In this document: positions 27,902 to 37,495 of the stretch, in pieces | Layout of the letters: each line of letters begins with the position of its first letter | Numbering within the stretch: the stretch's first letter is position 1 | Assembly (NCBI GenBank): GCA_036274315.1 | Contig: DASUFY010000243.1 | Location: 1,329-65,328, forward strand | Direction of reading: 5' to 3' | Length of the DNA: 64,000 bases | Origin: Planctomycetota bacterium | GTDB lineage: Bacteria > Planctomycetota > UBA1135 > UBA2386 | Position numbers and translations under genes: made by a program | Notes under the pieces: generated by a model | Database searches by the model: none | Seen by the model: only the letters and a program-made list of their open reading frames with translations | Told to the model about the DNA's origin: nothing

Positions 27902-30202
27902 ATGAGCACCCGGCGCAAGTCGCTGCAGCGGCGTCTCACCGTGTCGTGCGCGGCGGTCATCGCCATCGCCCTGACGATCGCCGGGTTCGACTCGTACCGG
28001 CGCGAGAGCCTGGCGCTGTCGGCCGACCTGCGCGCCGATCTCGAACGCGTGGCGCACCTGCTGGCCGGTGGGGCGCAGCATCGCATGGCCGGCGATGCCC
28101 ACGAAGCGCTGGTGTCGTTCCTGGCCAGCGCGGTGCAGACGATCCCGCTCGAGGCCGCCGCGATCTACGCCCCGGACGGCAGTCGCGTGGCGGTCGCCGG
28201 CGATGCCTCGCGGTTGCCCGTGCGATCCAACGACATGCTGCCGGCGGCCGACGACCAGGTCGGTTCGGCGTCGATGGGAGCGGCCGGGAGCGCGGCGCGC
28301 GCCGGCCGGGTGCTCGTTCGCGCGTCGGGCGCGTCGGTGCAGGCCCGTCTGCGAGCGCATCTGGGCGGCACGCTGGCGGCGTCCGCGTTGATCCTGCTGT
28401 CGCTGCTGGCCGGCGTGCACCTGCTGCTCGCGCGCCTGCTCGGCCCGATCAGAGCGCTCGCCGACAGCGCCGGGCGCACGCGCACGGCCGCCGCCGCGAG
28501 CGGCGTCGACGACGAGATCGTGCTGCTGACGAAGTCGTTCGAGGAGATGATCACGTTGCTGCAGGCGCGCGAGGCACAGTTGGCCCGCGCCGAGGAACGT
28601 GTCGAGCAGAACGTGCGCGAGCGCACGGCGAACCTGACCCGCGCGCTCTCGGCCGCCGAGGCGGCGACGCAGGCCAAGTCCAGCTTCGTGGCGAACATGA
28701 GCCACGAGATCCGCACGCCCCTCAACGCGATGCTGGGCATGACCGAGCTCGCGCTCGAGACCGACGACCCGAGCGAGGTCCGTGAGTACCTGTCGGTGAT
28801 CCGCAGCGCCGGCTCGAGCCTGTTCGGCATCCTCTGCGACATCCTCGACCTCTCGAAGATCGAGTCCGAGAAGCTCGAGCTGTCACCGGTCGCCGCCGAC
28901 CTCGAGTCGCTCGTGCTCGAGGCGTTGCGCCCCCTGACGTCGCGCATCGAGAGCAAGGAGCTGGAGCTCGTGTTCGAACTGGCGCCCGAGCTCGCGCCGG
29001 CCTACTTCGTCGACGACGTGCGCCTGCGGCAGATCCTGACCAACCTCGTCGGCAACGCTCTGAAGTTCACCGAGAGGGGCCTCGTGCGCGTGCGGTTCTC
29101 GTTGCTGCAGGACCTCGGCGGCGTGCACGAGATCGAGATCGTCGTGCAGGACACCGGCGTCGGCATCCCCCAGGACCGGCTGCAGGCGGTCTTCGCGCCG
29201 TTCACGCAGGCGGATCCCTCGATCACGCGACGTTTCGCCGGCACCGGTCTCGGCCTGTCGATCACCGAACGCCTGATCCGCCTCATGAGCGGCTACATCA
29301 AGGTCGAGAGCACCGTCGGCGTCGGCACGACGTTCCACGTGCGCGTTCCACTCGAGATCGCGCAGAGCCCGCTGCCCGCATCGCCGCCCGCGCCGAGCGA
29401 CACGCGGCTGTGCATCGTCAGCAACTCGGAGTGCGTGCGCAACGCGATCGCGTCGGTCGCGCGCAGGCTGGAGGTCGCTTCGGTCGCGGTGCCCGACCAC
29501 AAGACGCTCGCCGGCGGGGCCCTGCTCCTGGCCACCGACGTGGTGCTGCTCGACGACCGGGATCCCGATCACGACGTCGAGGTCTGCGCCTTCGTGCCGC
29601 TCGCCGCGCACGGTGTGCGGCCGGTGCTGCTGCTCACGTCCTACCAGGGCCTGGCCAACGCGTCGGCACGCTGCCGCACGAACCGGTTCGCCGGCTACCT
29701 GGCCAAGCCGGTCTCGGCCCGGGAGCTGGCCCTGCGCCTCGCGGCGTTGCGGCGCCCGCTCGAACACGGCCCGGCCGCCGCGCCGATGGCGGCCGAGCCA
29801 TCGTCGGCGGTGCGCGTGCTCAGGATCCTCGTCGCCGACGACAACGCGGTGAACCAGAAGCTCATCGAGCGCATCCTCACGCGCGACGGGCACTCGGTCT
29901 CGCTCGCGGACAACGGGCGCCACTGCTGCGAACTCTTCGCCGCCGAGCCGTTCGACCTCGTCCTGATGGACATGCAGATGCCGATCATGAACGGCCTCGA
30001 GGCGACCGCGGCGATCCGGCAGCAGCAGCGCGCCGCGGACCGCCGCGTACCGATCATCGCGCTGACCGCGAACACTACGCCCGAGGACCGCGACGCGTGC
30101 CTGCGCGCGGGCATGGACGAGGTGCTCGCCAAGCCGGTGTCGTTGCCGAGGCTGCGCGCCATGCTCGCCCGCTACGGCAGCGGTTCGGCCGTGTTGCCGT
30201 AG
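27902..30202 (+). CDS. Hybrid sensor histidine kinase / response regulator
   Basis: Two TM segments flank a periplasmic region. HAMP-like linker, HisKA H-box [11 protein letters not shown], HATPase (GTGLGLSI), a degenerate receiver-like region, then a canonical REC ([13 protein letters not shown]...[14 protein letters not shown]). Confidence 0.9.
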   Translation: MSTRRKSLQRRLTVSCAAVIAIALTIAGFDSYRRESLALSADLRADLERVAHLLAGGAQHRMAGDAHEALVSFLASAVQTIPLEAAAIYAPDGSRVAVAGDASRLPVRSNDMLPAADDQVGSASMGAAGSAARAGRVLVRASGASVQARLRAHLGGTLAASALILLSLLAGVHLLLARLLGPIRALADSAGRTRTAAAASGVDDEIVLLTKSFEEMITLLQAREAQLARAEERVEQNVRERTANLTRALSAAEAATQAKSSFVANMSHEIRTPLNAMLGMTELALETDDPSEVREYLSVIRSAGSSLFGILCDILDLSKIESEKLELSPVAADLESLVLEALRPLTSRIESKELELVFELAPELAPAYFVDDVRLRQILTNLVGNALKFTERGLVRVRFSLLQDLGGVHEIEIVVQDTGVGIPQDRLQAVFAPFTQADPSITRRFAGTGLGLSITERLIRLMSGYIKVESTVGVGTTFHVRVPLEIAQSPLPASPPAPSDTRLCIVSNSECVRNAIASVARRLEVASVAVPDHKTLAGGALLLATDVVLLDDRDPDHDVEVCAFVPLAAHGVRPVLLLTSYQGLANASARCRTNRFAGYLAKPVSARELALRLAALRRPLEHGPAAAPMAAEPSSAVRVLRILVADDNAVNQKLIERILTRDGHSVSLADNGRHCCELFAAEPFDLVLMDMQMPIMNGLEATAAIRQQQRAADRRVPIIALTANTTPEDRDACLRAGMDEVLAKPVSLPRLRAMLARYGSGSAVLP

Positions 30203-30303
30203 CCGGCCGCGGCCCGCGAGCGACCGCGAGCTCGCGCGCGCCGGTTCGCGGAACTCGCGGCTCGTGCGGCGGAACCGCAACCGGCGACGGCTATGCTGCG
30301 GCG

Positions 30304-33300
30304 ATGAGGTGCCGAGCCGTTCCGATTCTCGTCTCCCTGCTCGCGCTGAGCCCGGCCCAGGGGCCGCCGGCCAACGGGCCGCGCGCGGTCGATCCGGGCT
30401 GGTTCGCGCTGCGGAACGCGCGCGTGGTGACCGCGCCCGGCCAGGTGCTCGACGTCGCCACCGTCGTCGTGCGCGACGGTCGCATCGTCTCCGTGGGCAA
30501 GCTCACCCCGCCCGCGGGCGCCACCGTCGTCGACTACACCGGGCTCGTGATCTACCCGGGCCTCATCGAACCGTTCCTGCCGACGGACGTGCCCGCACTC
30601 GACCCGACGGCTGCGGACCAGCACTGGAATCCGTCGATCCAGCCGCAGCGCAGCGCCCTCGACGGCGCGCTCGTGCCCGCCGCGGACCGCACGGCGCTGC
30701 GTAGCCTCGGCTTCACGGCCGCCGCGATCGCGCCCTCGGGCGGCATCCTGAAGGGTTCGAGCAGCGTCGTGCAGCTCGACGAACCCGAACCGACCGCGCC
30801 GACGCGCATCGTGCGCCGGCTCGCCTACCAGCTGGCCAGCCTGCAGACGCGGGCCGACGGCTACCCCAACAGCGAGATGGGCGCCATCGCGCTGCTGCGC
30901 CAGACGCTCGAGGACGGGCTCTGGTACGAACGCTGTCTGCAGACGATCGCCGCACAACCGGGCCTCGCGCCGCTCGCGCCGCGTCCGTCGGCGGCGCTGC
31001 AGGCGATGGTCGACCAACGCGCGCTGCCGCTGTGGTTCGACGTGCAGGACGAACTCGAAGCGCTGCGCGTCCTGCGCATCGGCAAGGAGTTCGATCGCAC
31101 CGCGGTGATCGTCGGCAGCGGCATGGAGTTCCGCCGGCTCGCCGCGCTGGCGGCGAAGAAGGTCCCGATCGTCGTGCCCGTGCACTTCCCCGACCCGCCC
31201 GACGTCTCGACCGCGGCCGCAGCCGAGGCCGTGTCGCTGCGCCAGCTGCAATCGTGGGAGCAGGCGCCGACCAACAGCAAGCGCCTGCTCGATGCCGGCC
31301 TGCCGATCGCGTGGACCACGGCGCGGCTGCGCGACCGCAAGGACTTCACCAAGAACGTGCAGAAGGCGATGGCCTGCGGCATCACCGCGGACCAGGCGCT
31401 CGCCGCGGTGACGACGGTGCCCGCGGAGCTGCTCGGTGTGCAGGATCGGCTCGGCACGATCGCACCCGGCAAGCTCGCCAACCTCACGGTCGTCGCCGGC
31501 GAACTGTTCGGCGAGAAGGCCACGGTGCGCGACGTCTGGGTCGGCGGCGTGCGCCACGCCGTCGACACGAGCGCGGACGAAGGCCTCGACGGCTCGTGGG
31601 CCTGGTCGCGCGGCTGGCCCGGCACGGCCCCCGACGCAGAGCCTCGCCTCGAGATCGACGGCGAGCACGTGCGGTGCAAGGTCGGTGACGTGCCGCTCAC
31701 GGTCGCCGGCGTCGTGCGCGAGCCGATGCAGTTCGCCTGCCGCCTGCAGGGTCCGCCGCTCGCACAGGACGGCACCTACTGGTTGCGCTGCCACCGCGAG
31801 GGCGCCGATCTCGCCGGCACCTGCACCGCGCCCGATGGCCGCACGTCCGCCGTGCGCGCGACGCGCACGGTGGGCGAGACCAAGGCGCCCGACGACAAGC
31901 CCGGCAAGACCGACAAGCAGGACACCGCGCCGTCGCTGGACCCGTTGCCGACGCCGCTCGGCGGCTACGGGTTCCTCGCGGTACCGGCGGCGACCGAGTT
32001 CGCGCTCGTCGGCGCCACGCTGTGGCCCAGCGACGGCCGCGGCGTCGTGCGCGACGGGGCCGTGATCGTGCGCGACGGGCGCATCACGTTCGCGGGTGCA
32101 CGCAGCGACATGCCGGCCCTGCGCGACGGGGTCAAGGTCATCGACGCGACCGGCAAGCACGTGACGCCCGGCATCATCGACTGCCACTCGCACACCGGCA
32201 TCTCGCGCGGCGTCAACGAGAGCGGACAGGCCGTGACGGCCGAGGTGCGCGTGCAGGACGTCATCGATGCCGACGACGTCAACTGGTATCGCGAGCTGGC
32301 CGGCGGCGTGACCGCCGTCAACCAGCTGCACGGTTCGGCCAATGCGATCGGCGGCCAGAGCTGCACGGTCAAGGTGCGCTACGGCGTGCCGGACCCCGAC
32401 GACATGCGCTTGGCCGGCGCACCGGCGGGCATCAAGTGGGCGCTCGGCGAGAACCCGCGGCGCGCCAACGGCAGCGAAACGAACCCGCGCTACCCGAACA
32501 CGCGCATGGGCGTCGAGGCGCTGCTGCGCGACCGCCTGGCCGCGGCCGCCGCCTACCAGCGCGAGCGCGCCGACTACGAACGGCTGGCGCCGGCGGCGCG
32601 GGCCAAGGTGCTGCCGCCGCGTCGCGACCTCGAACTCGACGCGCTGGCCGAGGTGCTCGCCGGCACGCGGCGCGTGCACTGCCACAGCTACCGCCAGGAC
32701 GAGATCTTCATGCTGTGTCACCTGGCCCAGGAACACGGCTTCGAGATCGGCACGTTCCAGCACGTGCTCGAGGGCTACAAGGTGGCCGACGCGATCGCGG
32801 CGGCCGCGATCGGCGCCTCGTCGTTCAGCGACTGGTGGGGCTACAAGTTCGAGGTCTACGACGCGATCCCCGAGAACGGCGCGATCCTGCACGAGGCGGG
32901 CGTGCTGGTCTCCTACAACAGCGACAGCAACGAGCACGCGCGGCGGCTCAACACGGAGGCCGGCAAGGCCGTCAAGTACGGCGGGGTCGAGCCGGCGGAG
33001 GCGCTGTGCTTCGTGACGCGCAACCCGGCGATGCAGCTCGGCATCTTCGAGCGCACGGGTTCGCTGACGGCCGGCAAGGACGCCGACATCGCGCTCTGGT
33101 CGGCCGATCCGCTCGGCTACGCGGCGCGCTGCGAGGCGACCTGGGTCGACGGCCGGCTGCTGTTCTCGCTCGCCGGCGACGCGCAAGCACGCGCATCGAT
33201 CGCGAGCGAACGGCAGCGCCTGCTGCAGAAGGCCATCAACGCGGGCAACAAGGGGCGCACGGCGAAGGAAGGTGATCCCAAGGACGCCTACTGGGCGGCG

Positions 33301-33348
33301 CAGGACCTGACGAGCAGCTACTGCTGCCGCAACGAGGGAGGGCGCTGA
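30304..33348 (+). CDS. Large secreted amidohydrolase-family protein
   Basis: Signal peptide MRCRAVPILVSLLALSPAQG. Metal-dependent hydrolase motif GIIDCHSHTG. A second amidohydrolase-like N-terminal half is present. Confidence 0.85.
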   Translation: MRCRAVPILVSLLALSPAQGPPANGPRAVDPGWFALRNARVVTAPGQVLDVATVVVRDGRIVSVGKLTPPAGATVVDYTGLVIYPGLIEPFLPTDVPALDPTAADQHWNPSIQPQRSALDGALVPAADRTALRSLGFTAAAIAPSGGILKGSSSVVQLDEPEPTAPTRIVRRLAYQLASLQTRADGYPNSEMGAIALLRQTLEDGLWYERCLQTIAAQPGLAPLAPRPSAALQAMVDQRALPLWFDVQDELEALRVLRIGKEFDRTAVIVGSGMEFRRLAALAAKKVPIVVPVHFPDPPDVSTAAAAEAVSLRQLQSWEQAPTNSKRLLDAGLPIAWTTARLRDRKDFTKNVQKAMACGITADQALAAVTTVPAELLGVQDRLGTIAPGKLANLTVVAGELFGEKATVRDVWVGGVRHAVDTSADEGLDGSWAWSRGWPGTAPDAEPRLEIDGEHVRCKVGDVPLTVAGVVREPMQFACRLQGPPLAQDGTYWLRCHREGADLAGTCTAPDGRTSAVRATRTVGETKAPDDKPGKTDKQDTAPSLDPLPTPLGGYGFLAVPAATEFALVGATLWPSDGRGVVRDGAVIVRDGRITFAGARSDMPALRDGVKVIDATGKHVTPGIIDCHSHTGISRGVNESGQAVTAEVRVQDVIDADDVNWYRELAGGVTAVNQLHGSANAIGGQSCTVKVRYGVPDPDDMRLAGAPAGIKWALGENPRRANGSETNPRYPNTRMGVEALLRDRLAAAAAYQRERADYERLAPAARAKVLPPRRDLELDALAEVLAGTRRVHCHSYRQDEIFMLCHLAQEHGFEIGTFQHVLEGYKVADAIAAAAIGASSFSDWWGYKFEVYDAIPENGAILHEAGVLVSYNSDSNEHARRLNTEAGKAVKYGGVEPAEALCFVTRNPAMQLGIFERTGSLTAGKDADIALWSADPLGYAARCEATWVDGRLLFSLAGDAQARASIASERQRLLQKAINAGNKGRTAKEGDPKDAYWAAQDLTSSYCCRNEGGR

Positions 33349-34694
33349 TGGCCGCGTGCTCGCGCCGCGTTCGCCTCGCCTGCCTCGCGCTCGCCGCCGC
33401 ATCGACGCCGGCGCAGGATCTGCTGCCCAAGGCGCCGCCACAGGCAGCACCCGTCGTGCTGAAGAACGCCGTGCTGCACACGGTGTCGGACGGCATCGTG
33501 CTCGGCGGCACGCTGTGGTTCCAGGACGGCGTGATCCGCGGCGTGCTGCCCGCCGGCAGCGAGCCGAACCTGCCCGCCGGCGTGCAACCGGTCGTGTTCG
33601 ACCTCGCCGGCAAACACGTCTTCCCGGGCATGATCTCCGCACACACGTCGCTCGGCCTGGTCGAGATCGGCTCCGTGCGCCAGACCGTCGACACCGACGA
33701 GCTCGGCGAACTGTCGCCCGAAGCGCTGGCCATCGTCGCCGTCAACCCGGACTCGGCGGCGATCCCGGTCGCGCGCAGCAACGGCGTGCTCGCGGCGGCG
33801 GTGTTCCCGAGCGGCGGCCTGCTGCCGGGTCGCGTCTCGGTGATGCAACTCGACGGCTGGACGAACGCCGACATGACCGTGCAGGCCGACGCGGGCCCGG
33901 TCGTCGACTGGCCCCAGCAGCGCCGCAACGACGGCCGGCGCGGACGGCGCGGCCCGCGCCCCGACGCCGACAGCGAGCGCAACGGCGAGGCGACGGCCCG
34001 CGCGCGCCAGCGCATCGACGATGCGTTCGAAGCGGCGCGCGCCTGGCTCGACGCGCATGCCGCCGACGCGAGCGTGCCGCTCGACATCCGCCACGCGGCG
34101 CTGGCCCCGGCCCTGCGCGGCGAGGTGCCGGTGTTCGTGCTCGCCGAGGAACTCGAGCAGATCGAGTCCGCGGTGCTGTGGGCGACGGGCAGGAAGCTGC
34201 GGCCCGTCATCGTCGGCGGCCGCGACGCGCCGCTCTGCGCCGAGCTGCTGCACGAACGGCACGTGCCGGTGGTGATCGACGGCGTGCATCGACTGCCGCG
34301 CCGCGACGACAGCGCCTACGACGAGGCCTTCACGCTGCCCAAGCAGCTGGCCGACCTCGGCGTCGCGTTCTGCATCGCGACGGGCTCGGACTTCAGCCAG
34401 GATCGCAACCTGCCCTACCACGCCGCGACCGCCGCCGCCTTCGGGCTGGACCGCCAACAGGCGTTCGCGGCGATCACGCTGCGCGCCGCCGAGATCCTCG
34501 GCGTGCAGGCCCACCTCGGTTCGCTGACCGCCGGCAAGGACGCGACGCTGTTCGTCGCCGACGGGCATCCGTTCGATCTGCCGACGCGCATCGAACTCGC
34601 GTTCGTCGAGGGTCGCCAGGTCGACCTGCGCAACAAGCAGACGGAGCTCGCGCGCAAGTACCGCGAGCGCTACCGGCAGCAGCGCGGCAAGTGA
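33348..34694 (+). CDS. Secreted amidohydrolase-family protein
   Basis: TGATG overlap with the previous gene. Signal peptide, then VFPGMISAHTSLGLVEIG and C-terminal GSLTAGKDATLFV. Confidence 0.85.
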   Translation: MAACSRRVRLACLALAAASTPAQDLLPKAPPQAAPVVLKNAVLHTVSDGIVLGGTLWFQDGVIRGVLPAGSEPNLPAGVQPVVFDLAGKHVFPGMISAHTSLGLVEIGSVRQTVDTDELGELSPEALAIVAVNPDSAAIPVARSNGVLAAAVFPSGGLLPGRVSVMQLDGWTNADMTVQADAGPVVDWPQQRRNDGRRGRRGPRPDADSERNGEATARARQRIDDAFEAARAWLDAHAADASVPLDIRHAALAPALRGEVPVFVLAEELEQIESAVLWATGRKLRPVIVGGRDAPLCAELLHERHVPVVIDGVHRLPRRDDSAYDEAFTLPKQLADLGVAFCIATGSDFSQDRNLPYHAATAAAFGLDRQQAFAAITLRAAEILGVQAHLGSLTAGKDATLFVADGHPFDLPTRIELAFVEGRQVDLRNKQTELARKYRERYRQQRGK

Positions 34695-34771
34695 GTTGCC
34701 TGCGTTGCCGCGCCCCCGTGACGCGGCAACGCGCGTCACGCAGGGCATCGCTGCGTCGTCGCTCCGTCGGG

Positions 34772-35659
34772 TCAGTGCAGCGGTGCGGGCACCGCCGGCA
34801 CGCCGCGGTGCTGCGCTTCGTCGAGCCGAGCCGCCGCGGTGGTCAGGCCCTGTTCCGCCGACAGCCGCAGCCAGTGTGCGGCCATCTCGGGATCCGCCGC
34901 GACGCCGCGCCCCTTCGCGAGCAGCAGACCGAGGTCGTGCTGCGCCGCGGCATGGCCCTGCACGGCGGCCAGGCGCAACCAACGAACGGCCTCGGCGTCG
35001 TCCTGCGCGACGCCGTACCCACGCAGGTAGGACAGGCCGAGCCGATACTGCGCCGTCGCCATGCCGTGCGCTGCCGCGAGGCCGTACCAGCGCGCCGCCT
35101 CGTCGGGGTCGCGCGGCGTTCCGGCTGCACCCTCGTAGTAGCACGAACCCAACAGGCACTCGGCGCGCACGGAGCCCCGCGCCGCCGCCGCAGCGAACAG
35201 TTCCCGCGCCCGTTCGCCGTCCCGCGGCACGTCCTGGCCGTACAGATGCATCACGCCGAGGTTGCAGGTCGCCGCGGCGAAGCCCTGCCGGTCGGCGGCC
35301 TCGAACCAACGGCGCGCCTCGGCGAACGAGCGTTCGACTGCCCTGCCCTCGTAGTACATGACGCCGAGGTTGCACTGCGCCGCGGGCTCGCCCGCCTGCG
35401 CCGCGAGCGTGTACCAGCGCCGCGCCTGGCCGGCATCGGCCGGCACTCCGCAACCCGTTTCGTACATGAGCCCGACGAGGAACCGGGCCCCCGCGTCGCC
35501 GGTCGTCGCAAGCGGCAGCAGTTCGGCGAGCGCCGTGGCGGGCTCGCCGCGATCGAGCGCCGCCTTGCCGCGCGCCGTCGACGGCACGGCGCAGGCCCCC
35601 AACACGGCGAGCAGCACGGGCCACGAACGGACACGATCCCCAAGATGCGAGCGACTCAT
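34772..35659 (-). CDS. Sel1-repeat (TPR-like) protein
   Basis: Seven or more units of A.RWy..AA.qG...AQ..LG.mY..G.GV. It is the 3' part of a spurious 2093-aa ORF. Confidence 0.85.
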   Translation of the reverse strand: MSRSHLGDRVRSWPVLLAVLGACAVPSTARGKAALDRGEPATALAELLPLATTGDAGARFLVGLMYETGCGVPADAGQARRWYTLAAQAGEPAAQCNLGVMYYEGRAVERSFAEARRWFEAADRQGFAAATCNLGVMHLYGQDVPRDGERARELFAAAAARGSVRAECLLGSCYYEGAAGTPRDPDEAARWYGLAAAHGMATAQYRLGLSYLRGYGVAQDDAEAVRWLRLAAVQGHAAAQHDLGLLLAKGRGVAADPEMAAHWLRLSAEQGLTTAAARLDEAQHRGVPAVPAPLH

Positions 35660-35887
35660 GCGGGACGCTATCGGGGCCGTGCCGCGGCCGGGTTGACGGC
35701 ATCCGCGTGAAGAATCGGCGCGGCGCGTGAAGGAACCTTCACGCAGCGGCCCGGTCGGACGAGCCATGGACAAGGGACCTGTGGCGTTACGCCGCACCGT
35801 CGCGCGCACCACCGCCGAGCCAAAGGCCCTGTCCCCCTGCCGGATCGGCGCCACAATCACGCGCGCCCGGTTCCCCGGATCCCAACC

Positions 35888-37384
35888 ATGCGCCACCTCA
35901 GAGGCCTCGCGTCCCTTCTCGCCACCACGCTGCCGCTCTTCGCCCAAGGCGACTTCGACCTCGACAAGGTCACGTCGGGCACGCTGGGCGGCACGCTGAC
36001 CCTGCAGGTGGCCAATGCGGCACCGAGCTTCCCGCTGCTGTGGATGGTCAGCCAGACCGCGGGGCCGACGCCGGTGGCGCTGCTCGATCCGCTCGACCCG
36101 CGCTCGGTGGCGGTCGGCCTCGACCTGCTCGGCAACTGGGGGCTGCAGCTGACGAGCCCGACCGGCGGCGCGGTCTACAGCGTCGGTCTGCCGAACGACG
36201 CGGCCTTCAACGGCTACGTGTTCCACTGGCAGGCCGCGACGTTCCCGGGCGCCACCACGTTCCTCGACGGCATCGCCAACGCCGCGACCACGCACCACGG
36301 CCAGGCGTCGACGAGCGCTGCGCTGCCGAACGCGCTGCTCGCACCGCGCGCCGCCGCGACGTTGTGCTGGGCGCGCAACCGCAACGCGGGTCAGGGCGAC
36401 TTCCTGCTCGTCAGCGGCGCGTCGACCGAGTTCTTCCAGTTCCGCACGCTCGATTCGGCGGCCGGTCCGGCGATGAACACGCCGCGCGCGCTGTACGCTT
36501 CGGCCACGCTCAACGACGGTCGCGTGCTGTTCGCGGGCGGCGTCGACGGCAGCGGCGCCGTCACCTCGTCGTGCGAGATCTACGATCCGATCGCCAACAC
36601 GTTCACCGCGGTCGCGAGCCTGCTCGGCCCGCGCGCGGGCCACGCCGCGGCGACGCTCGCCGACGGTCGTGTGATGGTCGCGGGTGGCACGACGAACTTC
36701 ACCGACCTGACGACGGCGATCACGGCCGCACTCAACACGGTCGAGATCTACAACCCGGTCACCAACACCTGGACCGCTGGACCGAACATCGGCGGCAACC
36801 GGTTGGTGCCGGCGCTGACGCGCCTCAACACGGGTCGCATCATGATCTCGGGCGGCATCGAGGTGACGCTGTTCCTCGGCATCCCGCTCGCGCTGACGTC
36901 GACCAACAAGGTCCAGCTCTACAACCCGGCGACCAACACCTGGTCGAACGGCGCGAACATGCCGATCGGACGCGCCTACCACCACGACAGCCAGGTCACG
37001 CTCGCCGACGGCCGCGTGCTGCTGACGGGCGGCGTGCTCGTGCCGGACCTGCTCAACGCGGCGAACGCGGCGTCGATCGCCAACGCGGACCTCTACAACC
37101 CGGCGACCAACACCTGGGCGGCGGGCACGATGTCGCACGCGCGCACGGGCCATTCGGCGACGCGGCTCGCAAACGGCAACGTGATCGTCTGCGGCGGCGC
37201 CGAGGGCCTGCTGTCGGCCGCCGTGACGCTCGACGCCGTGGCGCGCTTCGATCCGACGACCAACACCTGGACGGACCTCGCGCCGATGACGACGGCCCGG
37301 CTCGGCCACACGGCCGCGGCGCTGCCCGACGGCCTGCTCGTGATCCTCGGCCCCGACGCGTCGGGTGAGGCACTGCACTTCTGA
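35888..37384 (+). CDS. Secreted Kelch-repeat beta-propeller protein
   Basis: Signal peptide LASLLATTLPLFAQG. Kelch units PRAGHAAATLADGRVMVAGG, GRAYHHDSQVTLADGRVLLTGG, ARTGHSATRLANGNVIVCGG. Confidence 0.85.
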   Translation: MRHLRGLASLLATTLPLFAQGDFDLDKVTSGTLGGTLTLQVANAAPSFPLLWMVSQTAGPTPVALLDPLDPRSVAVGLDLLGNWGLQLTSPTGGAVYSVGLPNDAAFNGYVFHWQAATFPGATTFLDGIANAATTHHGQASTSAALPNALLAPRAAATLCWARNRNAGQGDFLLVSGASTEFFQFRTLDSAAGPAMNTPRALYASATLNDGRVLFAGGVDGSGAVTSSCEIYDPIANTFTAVASLLGPRAGHAAATLADGRVMVAGGTTNFTDLTTAITAALNTVEIYNPVTNTWTAGPNIGGNRLVPALTRLNTGRIMISGGIEVTLFLGIPLALTSTNKVQLYNPATNTWSNGANMPIGRAYHHDSQVTLADGRVLLTGGVLVPDLLNAANAASIANADLYNPATNTWAAGTMSHARTGHSATRLANGNVIVCGGAEGLLSAAVTLDAVARFDPTTNTWTDLAPMTTARLGHTAAALPDGLLVILGPDASGEALHF

Positions 37385-37495
37385 GCTGGGTTGCCCAGCG
37401 GCGCTCCGCGCCGCTGGGCAAACCAGCTCAGGACCTCCTACCGCTCCTGCGGGCGCCTGACGGCGCCCTGGGGAGCGGGAGAGACCGGTTCTCAG
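37382..37495 (+). repeat. Structured 3'-flank element, copy A (20-bp hairpin plus a conserved tail of about 65 nt)
   Basis: Starts at the TGA of 35888..37384. Hairpin gctgggttgcccagcggcgc-tcc-gcgccgctgggcaaaccagc pairs 19/20. The tail ctcaggacctcctaccgctcctgcgggcgcctgacggcgccct is identical (43 nt) to the reverse complement of 57810-57852. Confidence 0.8.

Noticed and set aside
37426-37445. Perfect SD-like TAGGAGGT on the antisense strand of both 3'-flank element copies, as a possible start of a small ORF
   Set aside because: No conserved ATG or GTG follows at suitable spacing in either copy, and the downstream frames differ. The motif is more simply the complement of the CCUCC stretch in the sense-strand element.
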